From contig NC_018655.1 of the NCBI RefSeq assembly GCF_000299365.1, forward strand, positions 750,001-782,000: 32,000 bases of DNA. Reading direction: 5' to 3'. The translations under genes and the position numbers were made by a program. Positions within the stretch are counted from its first letter, which is position 1. Each line of letters starts with the position of its first letter. Shown here piece by piece: positions 16,921 through 24,863 of the stretch. The DNA is from Candidatus Nitrosopumilus koreensis AR1. GTDB taxonomy: Archaea; Thermoproteota; Nitrososphaeria; Nitrososphaerales; Nitrosopumilaceae. A model generated the notes under the pieces. That model saw only the letters and a program-made list of their open reading frames with translations, searched no databases and was not told the DNA's origin.

Positions 16921-17763
16921 TTATGTTTCTCCCTCAGGTCTTATGTAATAATGCAGTATGTCTCCTAATAGTAAATACGTATAGACAATACATCTCACTG
17001 CATCTGTTTTTGTAAATTCTGAATGATCTCCTTTACTTGCATAAGAATTGATGCTGTTTAACAAACCATCTACATATTGGAACATGGCAGAAAATACCTT
17101 TTTTTCATTGTTACTTTGTATGCTTTGTTGTATTCTTGCAAGAATTCTATTTGTGTAATCACTTTCAGTAATTTTGTGTTCTCTCCCCTCAGAATCAATA
17201 TGGGGTTTATCGGATGGGGGATATAATGAATCTGCTACATCTTTTATTATTCGTCGACATGTAGAAGCAATTTCAGAATAGACGATTTTATCTTCCGATG
17301 ATAACTGAGCATACATAACAGGTAATTTTTCTATCGCTTGAGGACATAATTTGATCAGTTCAGAATCAACTTCTTGTCTAACAAATTCAAAAATATTTTC
17401 TGGTACTTGACCATATGTGAATTCATTAATCATTCTGTTAAGTCTTTTAATTAATTCAAGTTTTACTGAGCCTAAAATTCTGCCAATCTCATATTTGGGG
17501 TAGTTTATTGAACACATCAAAGAAATATTCTTCAATCCTGCATCTGTAAATTTTTTTACATCATTTTTTCCAAGCCCATAGATAATTCGATCGTCTTGAG
17601 CTTTCAATAATTGTTCAATTTTTGGAACCCCATCTTCAAAACTATGACGTGTAAATTCATTGTTTGGGTCAACAGATGATTTTCCATCAGGACCCTGAAC
17701 ATAACCATAAAGGTTCTTTCTGTAATTGGGTAGTTTTTTTTTGAGGAAATGAATCCAATTCAT
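16921..17763 (-). CDS. C-terminal portion of an AbiTii-like protein (frame-disrupted; see 17687..17929)
   Basis: From LPNYRKNLYGY onward it continues the upstream ORF if the T9 run at 17734..17742 is read as 8 nt. The first 10 codons (MNWIHFLKKK) are probably out-of-frame read-through. Confidence 0.5.
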   Translation of the reverse strand: MNWIHFLKKKLPNYRKNLYGYVQGPDGKSSVDPNNEFTRHSFEDGVPKIEQLLKAQDDRIIYGLGKNDVKKFTDAGLKNISLMCSINYPKYEIGRILGSVKLELIKRLNRMINEFTYGQVPENIFEFVRQEVDSELIKLCPQAIEKLPVMYAQLSSEDKIVYSEIASTCRRIIKDVADSLYPPSDKPHIDSEGREHKITESDYTNRILARIQQSIQSNNEKKVFSAMFQYVDGLLNSINSYASKGDHSEFTKTDAVRCIVYTYLLLGDILHYYIRPEGET

Positions 17764-17929
17764 ATTTTGCCCATTCTAAATCGTCTTCTTCTCCTAAAAT
17801 TTCTGCAACTGTATAGAATCCTAAAAGACTACTTTCAACAGAAGTAGTTCCACTAAGAAGAACTTCTCGAGTTTCACGAGCTATTTTTAATGCATCATCA
17901 ATTTCGGGGGTGGTAAATTTTCTAGGCAT
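17687..17929 (-). CDS. N-terminal portion of an AbiTii-like protein (frame-disrupted)
   Basis: LEWAKYELDSFPQKK followed in the other frame by LPNYRK resembles the AbiTii N-terminal W...EL.GY....P.YR signature as I remember it. The last 15 codons look out of frame. Confidence 0.45.
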   Translation of the reverse strand: MPRKFTTPEIDDALKIARETREVLLSGTTSVESSLLGFYTVAEILGEEDDLEWAKYELDSFPQKKTTQLQKEPLWLCSGS

Positions 17930-18124
17930 TATAGTTTCTTAAATTAAGAATTTACTATTACCTTTTATGGATTTGGTTGGACTTGGCGTGTGCTTAATCG
18001 TTGTTTCATTGTAAATTTTGTCAAGTTTCAACTCTTGATTTAATAATCTACGATATTCCTTACTTTGTTGCATCGGTAAAAAAAATCAGAAAATTTCTAT
18101 AGGTATTATGAATTTAATAATACT

Positions 18125-18427
18125 GTGACTGAAATTGCTTTAGGAAATTATGTAAAAGTGATTTCACCTGATTATGATGATAATTATGGAAAAACAGGTT
18201 TTGTTGGAGCAATAATTCAAAAACATGTAAAATTATTTTCAATTTACAGTTTTGAAGATGATCAAATTGAAGGTTTTGGAGATTATTCCGCCTCAGAGCT
18301 AAAGGATTTGGGAGAAAAAGTCTCTAAAGAAGATTTGATTTCCAGAATTGACAGTAAGGGATTGTCGGATGTTATGATTGGAGAGATGCAAAAATTACTA
18401 AATTCCCTTTACAAAACCAACACATGA
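18125..18427 (+). CDS. Hypothetical protein
   Basis: 100-aa ORF with a GTG start and ordinary protein-like composition. No recognised motif. Confidence 0.45.
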   Translation: MTEIALGNYVKVISPDYDDNYGKTGFVGAIIQKHVKLFSIYSFEDDQIEGFGDYSASELKDLGEKVSKEDLISRIDSKGLSDVMIGEMQKLLNSLYKTNT

Positions 18428-18828
18428 ATATTCAATCTAAATATCATTAAACTCAAACCTTAAAACAAGAAATAACAGATTAATTTCCAGATAGAACTTT
18501 TTGAGTTTCACGTCATCCTTACTGACTACTATCTAACACTGAAGAGCACAAAAAAATCTTACAAACAAGATCGTATTTTTTAATTTAAGTAATCTCTTTG
18601 TAGGAATTCGCACATACAGGATTTCACCTTGCTTGAAAGAGTACTATCTGGAACCCTCCTTGAATTTTAACTTTGAAATCTCTCAAAAACTATACCCGTA
18701 ATGTTTTTCAAAACTTTTTTAGAAATGAAAAGTTTGTTTTTTATAAACTCAGGCATGTTTCCTACCTAAAACCTTGCAAAAATGTCGAACATTCTTTATA
18801 ATGTTTTTCAGGGAAAAATAATAAATTT

Positions 18829-19413
18829 TTAGAACACAATATAGTCTAATGCTGACGCATCACTGATCAATCTTGTGTGTTTTGAGCCAACAACATATCC
18901 GTTTTTGATATCATTGGCTGGAATCCATCGATTGGTGGATGTATAATGTCTTTTTTCTTGCAATTCCCTTTCAATTGCTTCCACATCAAATTCGCCTTCT
19001 TCAACTTCTTGTGTTGTAAGATGTTTTATTGTTACAAGAATTTTTGTAACTTTGACTCTATCTCCAAACTTCCATTTTGAAGGCGGTGTCTCATCAGATA
19101 CTTCCAACACTTTGATTTTCATTTGTTTGTTTCCAAATGCATCATGACTGATCAAGGTCTTTTCATCTGTAAATTCTTCAAAACTGATTCTAGAATTTAC
19201 TTCTGCATCCGAAACTGTATCTAAAAGCGCTGCAGAGTTTATCTCTGATGATGGTTTTTCATCATAACTTCTGTTAATGTTAATTTCTGGTAGTTCTGGT
19301 TCTTGCGTATCAATATCTTCAGATTTTGAAGGGTTTTTAATTTCTTGAATTCTTTTAGCTTCTAATTCCCATTGTAATTGGGCTTCTTCATCTTTATTTG
19401 CTTCAGACAACAA
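18829..19413 (-). CDS. Hypothetical protein with an acidic N-terminal half
   Basis: 194-aa ORF lying 54 nt downstream of the Hjc-like gene on the same strand. No recognised motif. Confidence 0.5.
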   Translation of the reverse strand: MLSEANKDEEAQLQWELEAKRIQEIKNPSKSEDIDTQEPELPEININRSYDEKPSSEINSAALLDTVSDAEVNSRISFEEFTDEKTLISHDAFGNKQMKIKVLEVSDETPPSKWKFGDRVKVTKILVTIKHLTTQEVEEGEFDVEAIERELQEKRHYTSTNRWIPANDIKNGYVVGSKHTRLISDASALDYIVF

Positions 19414-19467
19414 TTCTAATTCTTATTTATCCTTAAAAAACGATTTGCAGGTTTTGAAAAATTGGCT

Positions 19468-20022
19468 CTATGTACGTTGTTTTGTTTTAAATGGCATGTT
19501 GCATTCTTTAAGAGGCATCTCTTTTCGCATTCCATCTATTTTTGCATAAAATTTACCCTCATAGGTGCATACACAATCTGTAATTTCCTGAGTTTCGTCC
19601 CAAATTTTGTAAAATTCTCTTAGTTCTCGGCTTTCATACTTGCCTATGCCTATCCTTTTTTTGGATAAAAATTTGAATGCTAGTAGAACCTGTCTTTTTT
19701 TGTAAATATCAAAAGTCTTTATCCATTCTAAACATCGTTCAATTTGATCAGCAGGAACTGGTAATGAAGTACTTGTCCCAGACTTGGCTTCAATAGTAAA
19801 AATCGTGCTGTTATCTGTGTTTACCGCTAAAACATCAGGCAGCGCAATACTTGGAGATCCTAATCTAAAGGCTTTCCACTTTGGGGATGAGTTAAATCGT
19901 TTTACTAAGGTATCTTCCCACTGGTATCCTCTTTGCCTTCGTGTTTTTGCAGCTTTTTGATTATTTATTTTAGATATTTTTGAAAGTATTACTGTTTTTG
20001 ATTGCATGTTTGTTGTTCTCAT
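19468..20022 (-). CDS. Hjc-like Holliday-junction resolvase / PD-(D/E)xK nuclease with terminal extensions
   Basis: RGYQWEDTLVKRF...FRLGSPSIALPDVLAV...IFTIEAKSG follows the Hjc pattern G..E...PD..A...E.K. The first ATG is at 20022. The track's TTG at 20061 is the alternative start. Confidence 0.55.
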   Translation of the reverse strand: MRTTNMQSKTVILSKISKINNQKAAKTRRQRGYQWEDTLVKRFNSSPKWKAFRLGSPSIALPDVLAVNTDNSTIFTIEAKSGTSTSLPVPADQIERCLEWIKTFDIYKKRQVLLAFKFLSKKRIGIGKYESRELREFYKIWDETQEITDCVCTYEGKFYAKIDGMRKEMPLKECNMPFKTKQRT

Positions 20023-20204
20023 TTTAGATATAGTAAGGTGGGTAATTACATAATAACTCAATAAAAAGTCATTTTCGAATTAACATTTTTAAGATAATTT
20101 GTACAATATTTTATAATTCAAAAATGAATGTCGGTGACTGTTGTTAATTCAGCTTTCTGAGGTCATCGAACATTATCTAAATATGACTTAATTTTAAATC
20201 AATT

Positions 20205-20405
20205 ATGTCTGAAATTATAATTGAAAAATTACTTGAACAACGTGATTTTTACCTCAATACTCTAAAACAATTGGAATTTCAATTAGTAATGGAGCCATCT
20301 GAAAGTGAAATTAGTGGTATTGAGAAATTACAAAAAACGACCATTGATCAATTAAAAAAAGTGGAACAAGAAATTGCATATCTTACATCAGAAAAGTCAT
20401 TATGA
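20205..20405 (+). CDS. Hypothetical small coiled-coil protein
   Basis: 66-aa ORF with an ATG start and heptad-like Leu/Glu/Gln composition. Confidence 0.4.
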   Translation: MSEIIIEKLLEQRDFYLNTLKQLEFQLVMEPSESEISGIEKLQKTTIDQLKKVEQEIAYLTSEKSL

Positions 20406-20445
20406 TTTACAATGAGTTTATCAAGCCCTTATTTTTACAAAATCT

Positions 20446-21273
20446 ATGTTTGATGAAATTATTCAGAATCTTGTTTCAGTAAAGCGAGATTTTGCTAAAA
20501 ATTATTCAGGAAATGCACACATTCAAGAGGTAATTCCTGCTTCAAAGTCAGATAAATTCCCAATAGATGAAGGGCATTTAGAATTACTTCACAAATTTGC
20601 AGAAAAAAATCCTATCTATTTTAATTCATTTTATGAAAAAATCTTGAATGTGGATTGTGTAGTCTATGAAGGAGACATTAATGATTATTGGTTAAACAGC
20701 ATAAAGCATGGAACAAGTTGTCAGCCATTTTATCCCACATGGGTGATTTCGGCATATCTGATGACGTTGATTGCAAAACAATTAGGTTATGATGAATTAG
20801 TAGATATTGGTTCAGGGGATGGACGAATTGCTTTTTGTGGAAACATTTTGGGATTTACATCTCACAGTATTGAAATTGATGAGGGGCTTGTGGAATTACA
20901 GAAGTTAATTTGCACAGAGACACAAAATAATTTTGATCCAAATTGTGAAGATGCATTAGAATACGATTATTCAAAATTTCAATTAACAAACCCTGTATTT
21001 TTCATTGGAGGGTTGCCCCAAATGGGCGGAGATATGTTAGCTACGAGTATTATTGACAAAATAAATTCCATAAAAGAACTCAAAAATTCTACTGGGATAG
21101 TTTTTGCAGGAACTCATTCTAAACGTCAATTGTCTGGAAATTTGTCAGATGGTGGGTGGAGTTCATTAATTCAAAATCATAATTTACAAGTGGTTGAAAC
21201 AGTTTCGCTTCCAACTGTTTGGACATTTGATCAAACTACTGAAACCCCGTACATCTATACAAAATTCAATTAA
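20446..21273 (+). CDS. Class I SAM-dependent methyltransferase-like protein
   Basis: Motif I VDIGSGDGRIAF, an acidic beta-2 end (SHSIEIDE), and a possible motif IV TNPVFFIGG. Confidence 0.6.
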   Translation: MFDEIIQNLVSVKRDFAKNYSGNAHIQEVIPASKSDKFPIDEGHLELLHKFAEKNPIYFNSFYEKILNVDCVVYEGDINDYWLNSIKHGTSCQPFYPTWVISAYLMTLIAKQLGYDELVDIGSGDGRIAFCGNILGFTSHSIEIDEGLVELQKLICTETQNNFDPNCEDALEYDYSKFQLTNPVFFIGGLPQMGGDMLATSIIDKINSIKELKNSTGIVFAGTHSKRQLSGNLSDGGWSSLIQNHNLQVVETVSLPTVWTFDQTTETPYIYTKFN

Positions 21274-21574
21274 CCTCAAAAAAATAATTTCCTTCACGCA
21301 TACCACATTTTGCAATTTTTACTGTTTGGTCAACATGTGGCTCTCCTAAGATTTTTGCCATGATTTTAATTGAATTCTCCATTTCAACAATGCCGAAACA
21401 CTCTTTATTTTGCCTAGAGAATTCAATTATCCTGCCTTGAAAATCCCCTTCTTTTAGAGATACTTTGCCCAGACAATGACTGCAAAATTCAGAGGGTGGC
21501 CATACAATTTTTTTACAAGTAATACATTCAGGGATAGTAAAATTCCCTTTGGATAATTCTAACTCAAAACTCAT
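21266..21574 (-). CDS. DUF35 OB-fold/zinc-ribbon protein (thiolase-associated)
   Basis: A CITC...CSHC zinc ribbon followed by an OB-fold-like C-terminus. Its ATG overlaps the thiolase stop by 4 nt. Thiolase-DUF35 is the classic archaeal pairing. Confidence 0.8.
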   Translation of the reverse strand: MSFELELSKGNFTIPECITCKKIVWPPSEFCSHCLGKVSLKEGDFQGRIIEFSRQNKECFGIVEMENSIKIMAKILGEPHVDQTVKIAKCGMREGNYFFEVN

Positions 21575-22047
21575 TTTTCTAACACCAAAATGGTTGAAGA
21601 GGTTGCAGCAGCTGACATGTTGTGGACTAATCCCACTTGTGCATTTTCAACTTGTCTGTTTTTTGCATTTGATTGTAATTGTTGTGTAATCTCTATCGTT
21701 TGAGCGATACCTGTTGCTCCAAGAGGGTGGCCTGAACCAATCAATCCTCCTCTAGGATTAACCTTGTAATTTTTTGTTTCATAAAGTTCTTTGACTAAAT
21801 CTGTCCCCTTACCGGGTTTAGAAAATCCTATTGCTTCTAATGCCATGGGTTCACAAACAGAAAATGCATCATGAATTTCCACTACATCCACATCTGAAAT
21901 ATTTTTACCAGACATTTCTAATGCTGTTCTACTAGCCATCTTTGTTGAATTCATTGTGTTAAAAGATTCACTTTTTGTAAATCCTGCAGAAATTGTTTTT
22001 TGACCTATGCCTGATATCCATACAGGATGATCAGTAATCTTTTTCAT
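21571..22047 (-). CDS. Thiolase (acetyl-CoA C-acetyltransferase / SCP-x type), C-terminal fragment
   Basis: GSGHPLGATG and NMSAAATS blocks. The same frame stays open upstream to 22137 and reads ITDDLRLLDCSRPCTGSASIILASENI, which is thiolase-like. Confidence 0.8.
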   Translation of the reverse strand: MKKITDHPVWISGIGQKTISAGFTKSESFNTMNSTKMASRTALEMSGKNISDVDVVEIHDAFSVCEPMALEAIGFSKPGKGTDLVKELYETKNYKVNPRGGLIGSGHPLGATGIAQTIEITQQLQSNAKNRQVENAQVGLVHNMSAAATSSTILVLEK

Positions 22048-22061
22048 AATATTTTCTGATG

Positions 22062-22679
22062 CTAAAATAATTGATGCGCTACCTGTACAAGGTCTAGAAC
22101 AATCAAGTAATCTAAGATCATCAGTAATTTTTTTGAATTAATTACATCTTTCATTAAATATGTTTTTTTTGAAAGTGCATTTGGGTTGTTTTGAGCTTGT
22201 TTGTGATTTTTTATTGGTATCCAAGACAGTTGTTCATCTGTAACAGAATATTTTCGTTTATAGGAACTTGTAAAAATTGATGCCCAAAATATTGGATGTT
22301 TGAATTCCCCTCTGGAATTATCCCATTCTAAAACCTGACCAGGACTATCATATCTTTCAGCTCCACTAACTAGTACCATGTCTGCAAGACCTGAAGCGAT
22401 ATAGGAATATGCTGAAACTATGGAATTTGTGCCTGAATTGCATAAATTTTCTATAGAATGAGCTATTTTGGGTTGAATTCCAATCATCTCGGAAAGAACA
22501 GGTGAGAGATATTTTGAATTATTATTTGTCGATACCAATACTGCGTCAATATCACTTTTTTGGATGCTGGTATTATTTTCAAGAAGAACTTTGGCAGATT
22601 CAAAAAGAGTTGATTCTATTTTTTTATCTTCTTTAGTAAATGGAGTAATCCCATATGCTCCAATTCCAACTCTTTTCAT
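22062..22679 (-). CDS. Thiolase, N-terminal fragment (frame lost at an A7 run)
   Basis: ENLCNSGTNS catalytic-Cys block. After VINSKK the frame gives an implausible 21-aa tail. One extra A at 22128..22134 would join it to the C-terminal fragment. Confidence 0.8.
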   Translation of the reverse strand: MKRVGIGAYGITPFTKEDKKIESTLFESAKVLLENNTSIQKSDIDAVLVSTNNNSKYLSPVLSEMIGIQPKIAHSIENLCNSGTNSIVSAYSYIASGLADMVLVSGAERYDSPGQVLEWDNSRGEFKHPIFWASIFTSSYKRKYSVTDEQLSWIPIKNHKQAQNNPNALSKKTYLMKDVINSKKLLMILDYLIVLDLVQVAHQLF

Positions 22680-22681
22680 TT

Positions 22682-23656
22682 TTATTCATCCAAGAATGTT
22701 TTTTGTAGAACTCTAAATGATTCCATAGTGTTTCCAACGGGATTAAATTGTATTATTGGTAAATCAATTCCTGTATCACTAAATGTTTGAAGTTGTTTTT
22801 TACATTCTTCGGGGGTACCAGATATAGTTAGTTCCTTTAACATAGAATCTGGAATTAATTCATGGTTCGATGTAAATCCTGATTTTTTAAATTCTTCAAA
22901 TATGTTTGATGTTTCATTTTCAAAGCCATTTTTTGCTAAAAATTCACGATAAATTTTTCCAACAGATATGTAAAATGCTAATGTTTTTTTTGCACGATCA
23001 ATTGCTTCTTGTGAATTTTCTGAAACACATGTGATTATTTGACATGTAACATCTATCTTTCTTTTTGATTGCATTTTTGAAATTGTGTCTTTCATTTCAT
23101 TTTTAGGTCTGAGATAAAAAATCACACCATCTCCAATATCCAATGTTAAATCCACCATTTTTTTATTAACTGCTGCAATGTAAATTGGGATGGATTCTCT
23201 TTGGGGTTTAACTAATAATGTAAAATTTTTCAAATTAAAAATCTCTCCTGAGTAATTAATTGGTTTTCCAGATAATGCCAGTTTAATTATTTCGACATAC
23301 TCTTTCATTCTTTTTAATGGATTTTCGAATTTGTATCCGTGAAAAGTTTCTACAATCGGTACGCTGCTTGTTCCAAGACCCAGAATCAGCCTTCCATTAG
23401 ATATGGTGTCTACGGTTACTGCCCCCATTGCAATTGCTACAGGACTTCGAGAGTAGATGTTAATGATGGATGAGCCTATTTTTTGTACAGATGTTTTGCT
23501 TGATACCGCACTTAACATTGAGAAATTCTCCATTCCCCATGTTTCAGGTACCCAAATTGTATCTGTTTTAGTATTCGATATGATTTCGGCACAATTTAAC
23601 ACCTCCTTTATTGAAAGCATTGAACCCAGACTGCACGCAATACGCATGAAATTCAT
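22682..23656 (-). CDS. Luciferase-like monooxygenase (LLM) family oxidoreductase, probably F420-dependent
   Basis: TDTIWVPETWGMENFSML and GRLILGLGTSS blocks typical of LLM/Mer-like TIM barrels. Alternative start at the second ATG (23647). Confidence 0.75.
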   Translation of the reverse strand: MNFMRIACSLGSMLSIKEVLNCAEIISNTKTDTIWVPETWGMENFSMLSAVSSKTSVQKIGSSIINIYSRSPVAIAMGAVTVDTISNGRLILGLGTSSVPIVETFHGYKFENPLKRMKEYVEIIKLALSGKPINYSGEIFNLKNFTLLVKPQRESIPIYIAAVNKKMVDLTLDIGDGVIFYLRPKNEMKDTISKMQSKRKIDVTCQIITCVSENSQEAIDRAKKTLAFYISVGKIYREFLAKNGFENETSNIFEEFKKSGFTSNHELIPDSMLKELTISGTPEECKKQLQTFSDTGIDLPIIQFNPVGNTMESFRVLQKTFLDE

Positions 23657-23904
23657 ACATTGATTGGATATTCTAGTGTTCTGTTTTAGTATTGGGTAAA
23701 TTTTCCTTGAGGCGCCATATTATCAGAAAATCTGTAAAAGATAATCTGTTGAGTGAACAAATATTTGCACAAAAGCCCTCTCAAGATTCCACTTTTTGGA
23801 ATGATGCTACAAGATATGCTGCTGCTAGCAAAGATGAATCCTTTGTAGAAGAAGTAGCATACATGATGGTTACATTGCACAGAACTGGTGCATAAAACAA
23901 AATT

Positions 23905-24582
23905 TCATTTTATTATTTTCTCTATCTCTAATGCACATTCTTCCATATCTTTGAACGAATCTACAGAATACCATTTTGCATTTTTGAATTTAACCGTGTT
24001 TAGAATACCTTTTTTTGCATATTTTGGAAAAACTGTTTTTTCGATATCACCTTTGTTTGGTAATTCTTTTAGTATGTCTTTTTCTAAATGATAAATCCCT
24101 GCATTCATCCAAGTGTCTGGAATTTCTTTTTTTTCTTTAAAATTCAAAATTTTATCATCATTGGTTTCCAAAATTCCGTATTTTGTTCTCAATTCAATTG
24201 CGGCAATAGCATTTTTCTTTTTTTGAAGTTTCTTTAAATCGATATTTGTTATTGTGTCCCCGTTTAATACAAAAAAGGATTTTTCCTTGATCATTTTTCC
24301 TGCTTTTTTAATTGCACCTCCAGTTCCAAGTGGGAATTTTTCTGGAGAGAATTTAATTTTAATTCCAATGTTTTTCATGTTTAGGTGATTTTCAATCATC
24401 TCTGTTTTGTATCCCGTACAAATAATAACTTCCTTAACTCCAAATTTTTTAAGATATCTTATTTGCCATTCTATTATGGGAATGTTTTTTATTGGAACAA
24501 GTGGTTTTGGCACATAATCTGTCACTGGTTTTAGGCGTTTTCCACGACCGCCTGCCAGTATTATTGCTTTCAATAAAATCAC
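23905..24582 (-). CDS. Sugar-phosphate nucleotidyltransferase (NTP_transferase family)
   Basis: ILAGGRGKRLKPVTDYVPKPLVPI signature, 225 aa. Confidence 0.85.
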   Translation of the reverse strand: MILLKAIILAGGRGKRLKPVTDYVPKPLVPIKNIPIIEWQIRYLKKFGVKEVIICTGYKTEMIENHLNMKNIGIKIKFSPEKFPLGTGGAIKKAGKMIKEKSFFVLNGDTITNIDLKKLQKKKNAIAAIELRTKYGILETNDDKILNFKEKKEIPDTWMNAGIYHLEKDILKELPNKGDIEKTVFPKYAKKGILNTVKFKNAKWYSVDSFKDMEECALEIEKIIK

Positions 24583-24608
24583 TCTATATGTACAGTATAT
24601 GAAAATGT

Positions 24609-24863
24609 CTAATCTTGTTTTATCTCTTTTTTTGATTCATTGGATTCTACAACTGCCTCCATTTTTTTTGCAAATTCGTTGTAAATTTTTTCCAAATCTT
24701 TAAGAGGCATTTCAGTTCCTAAGAGTTTCATGGTTTTATGCCACGATTCAATGTATTTTTCATCATCAAATCCTTTTCCCAGGGTTTCTGCAATAGAATT
24801 AAGTCCCTCAGTTTTCCCTAAGGCATAAATGGCTATTTCACGTTCAGTTAGCATTATTCTCAC
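24609..24863 (-). CDS. Hypothetical small protein
   Basis: 84-aa ORF with a GTG start at 24863 or an ATG at 24854. It overlaps the upstream micro-ORF, which suggests coupling. Confidence 0.5.
   Translation of the reverse strand: MRIMLTEREIAIYALGKTEGLNSIAETLGKGFDDEKYIESWHKTMKLLGTEMPLKDLEKIYNEFAKKMEAVVESNESKKEIKQD

Noticed and set aside
18700-18810. 12-bp direct repeat taatgtttttca (18700 and 18799) as possible att sites or target-site duplication
   Set aside because: The repeats are only about 100 bp apart and enclose no gene. The composition is AT-rich and no integrase is nearby. This is compatible with chance.
20077-20150. 9-bp inverted repeat gaattaaca / tgttaattc in the 20062-20204 divergent spacer
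   Set aside because: The short AT-rich arms are separated by 56 bp, which is within chance expectation. It is noted only as a possible regulatory element.
23686-23880. 64-aa minus-strand ORF in the LLM/nucleotidyltransferase gap
   Set aside because: Its Cys/Phe-rich composition is implausible. The opposite-strand reading is more protein-like, though still unproven (see the finding at 23657..23904).
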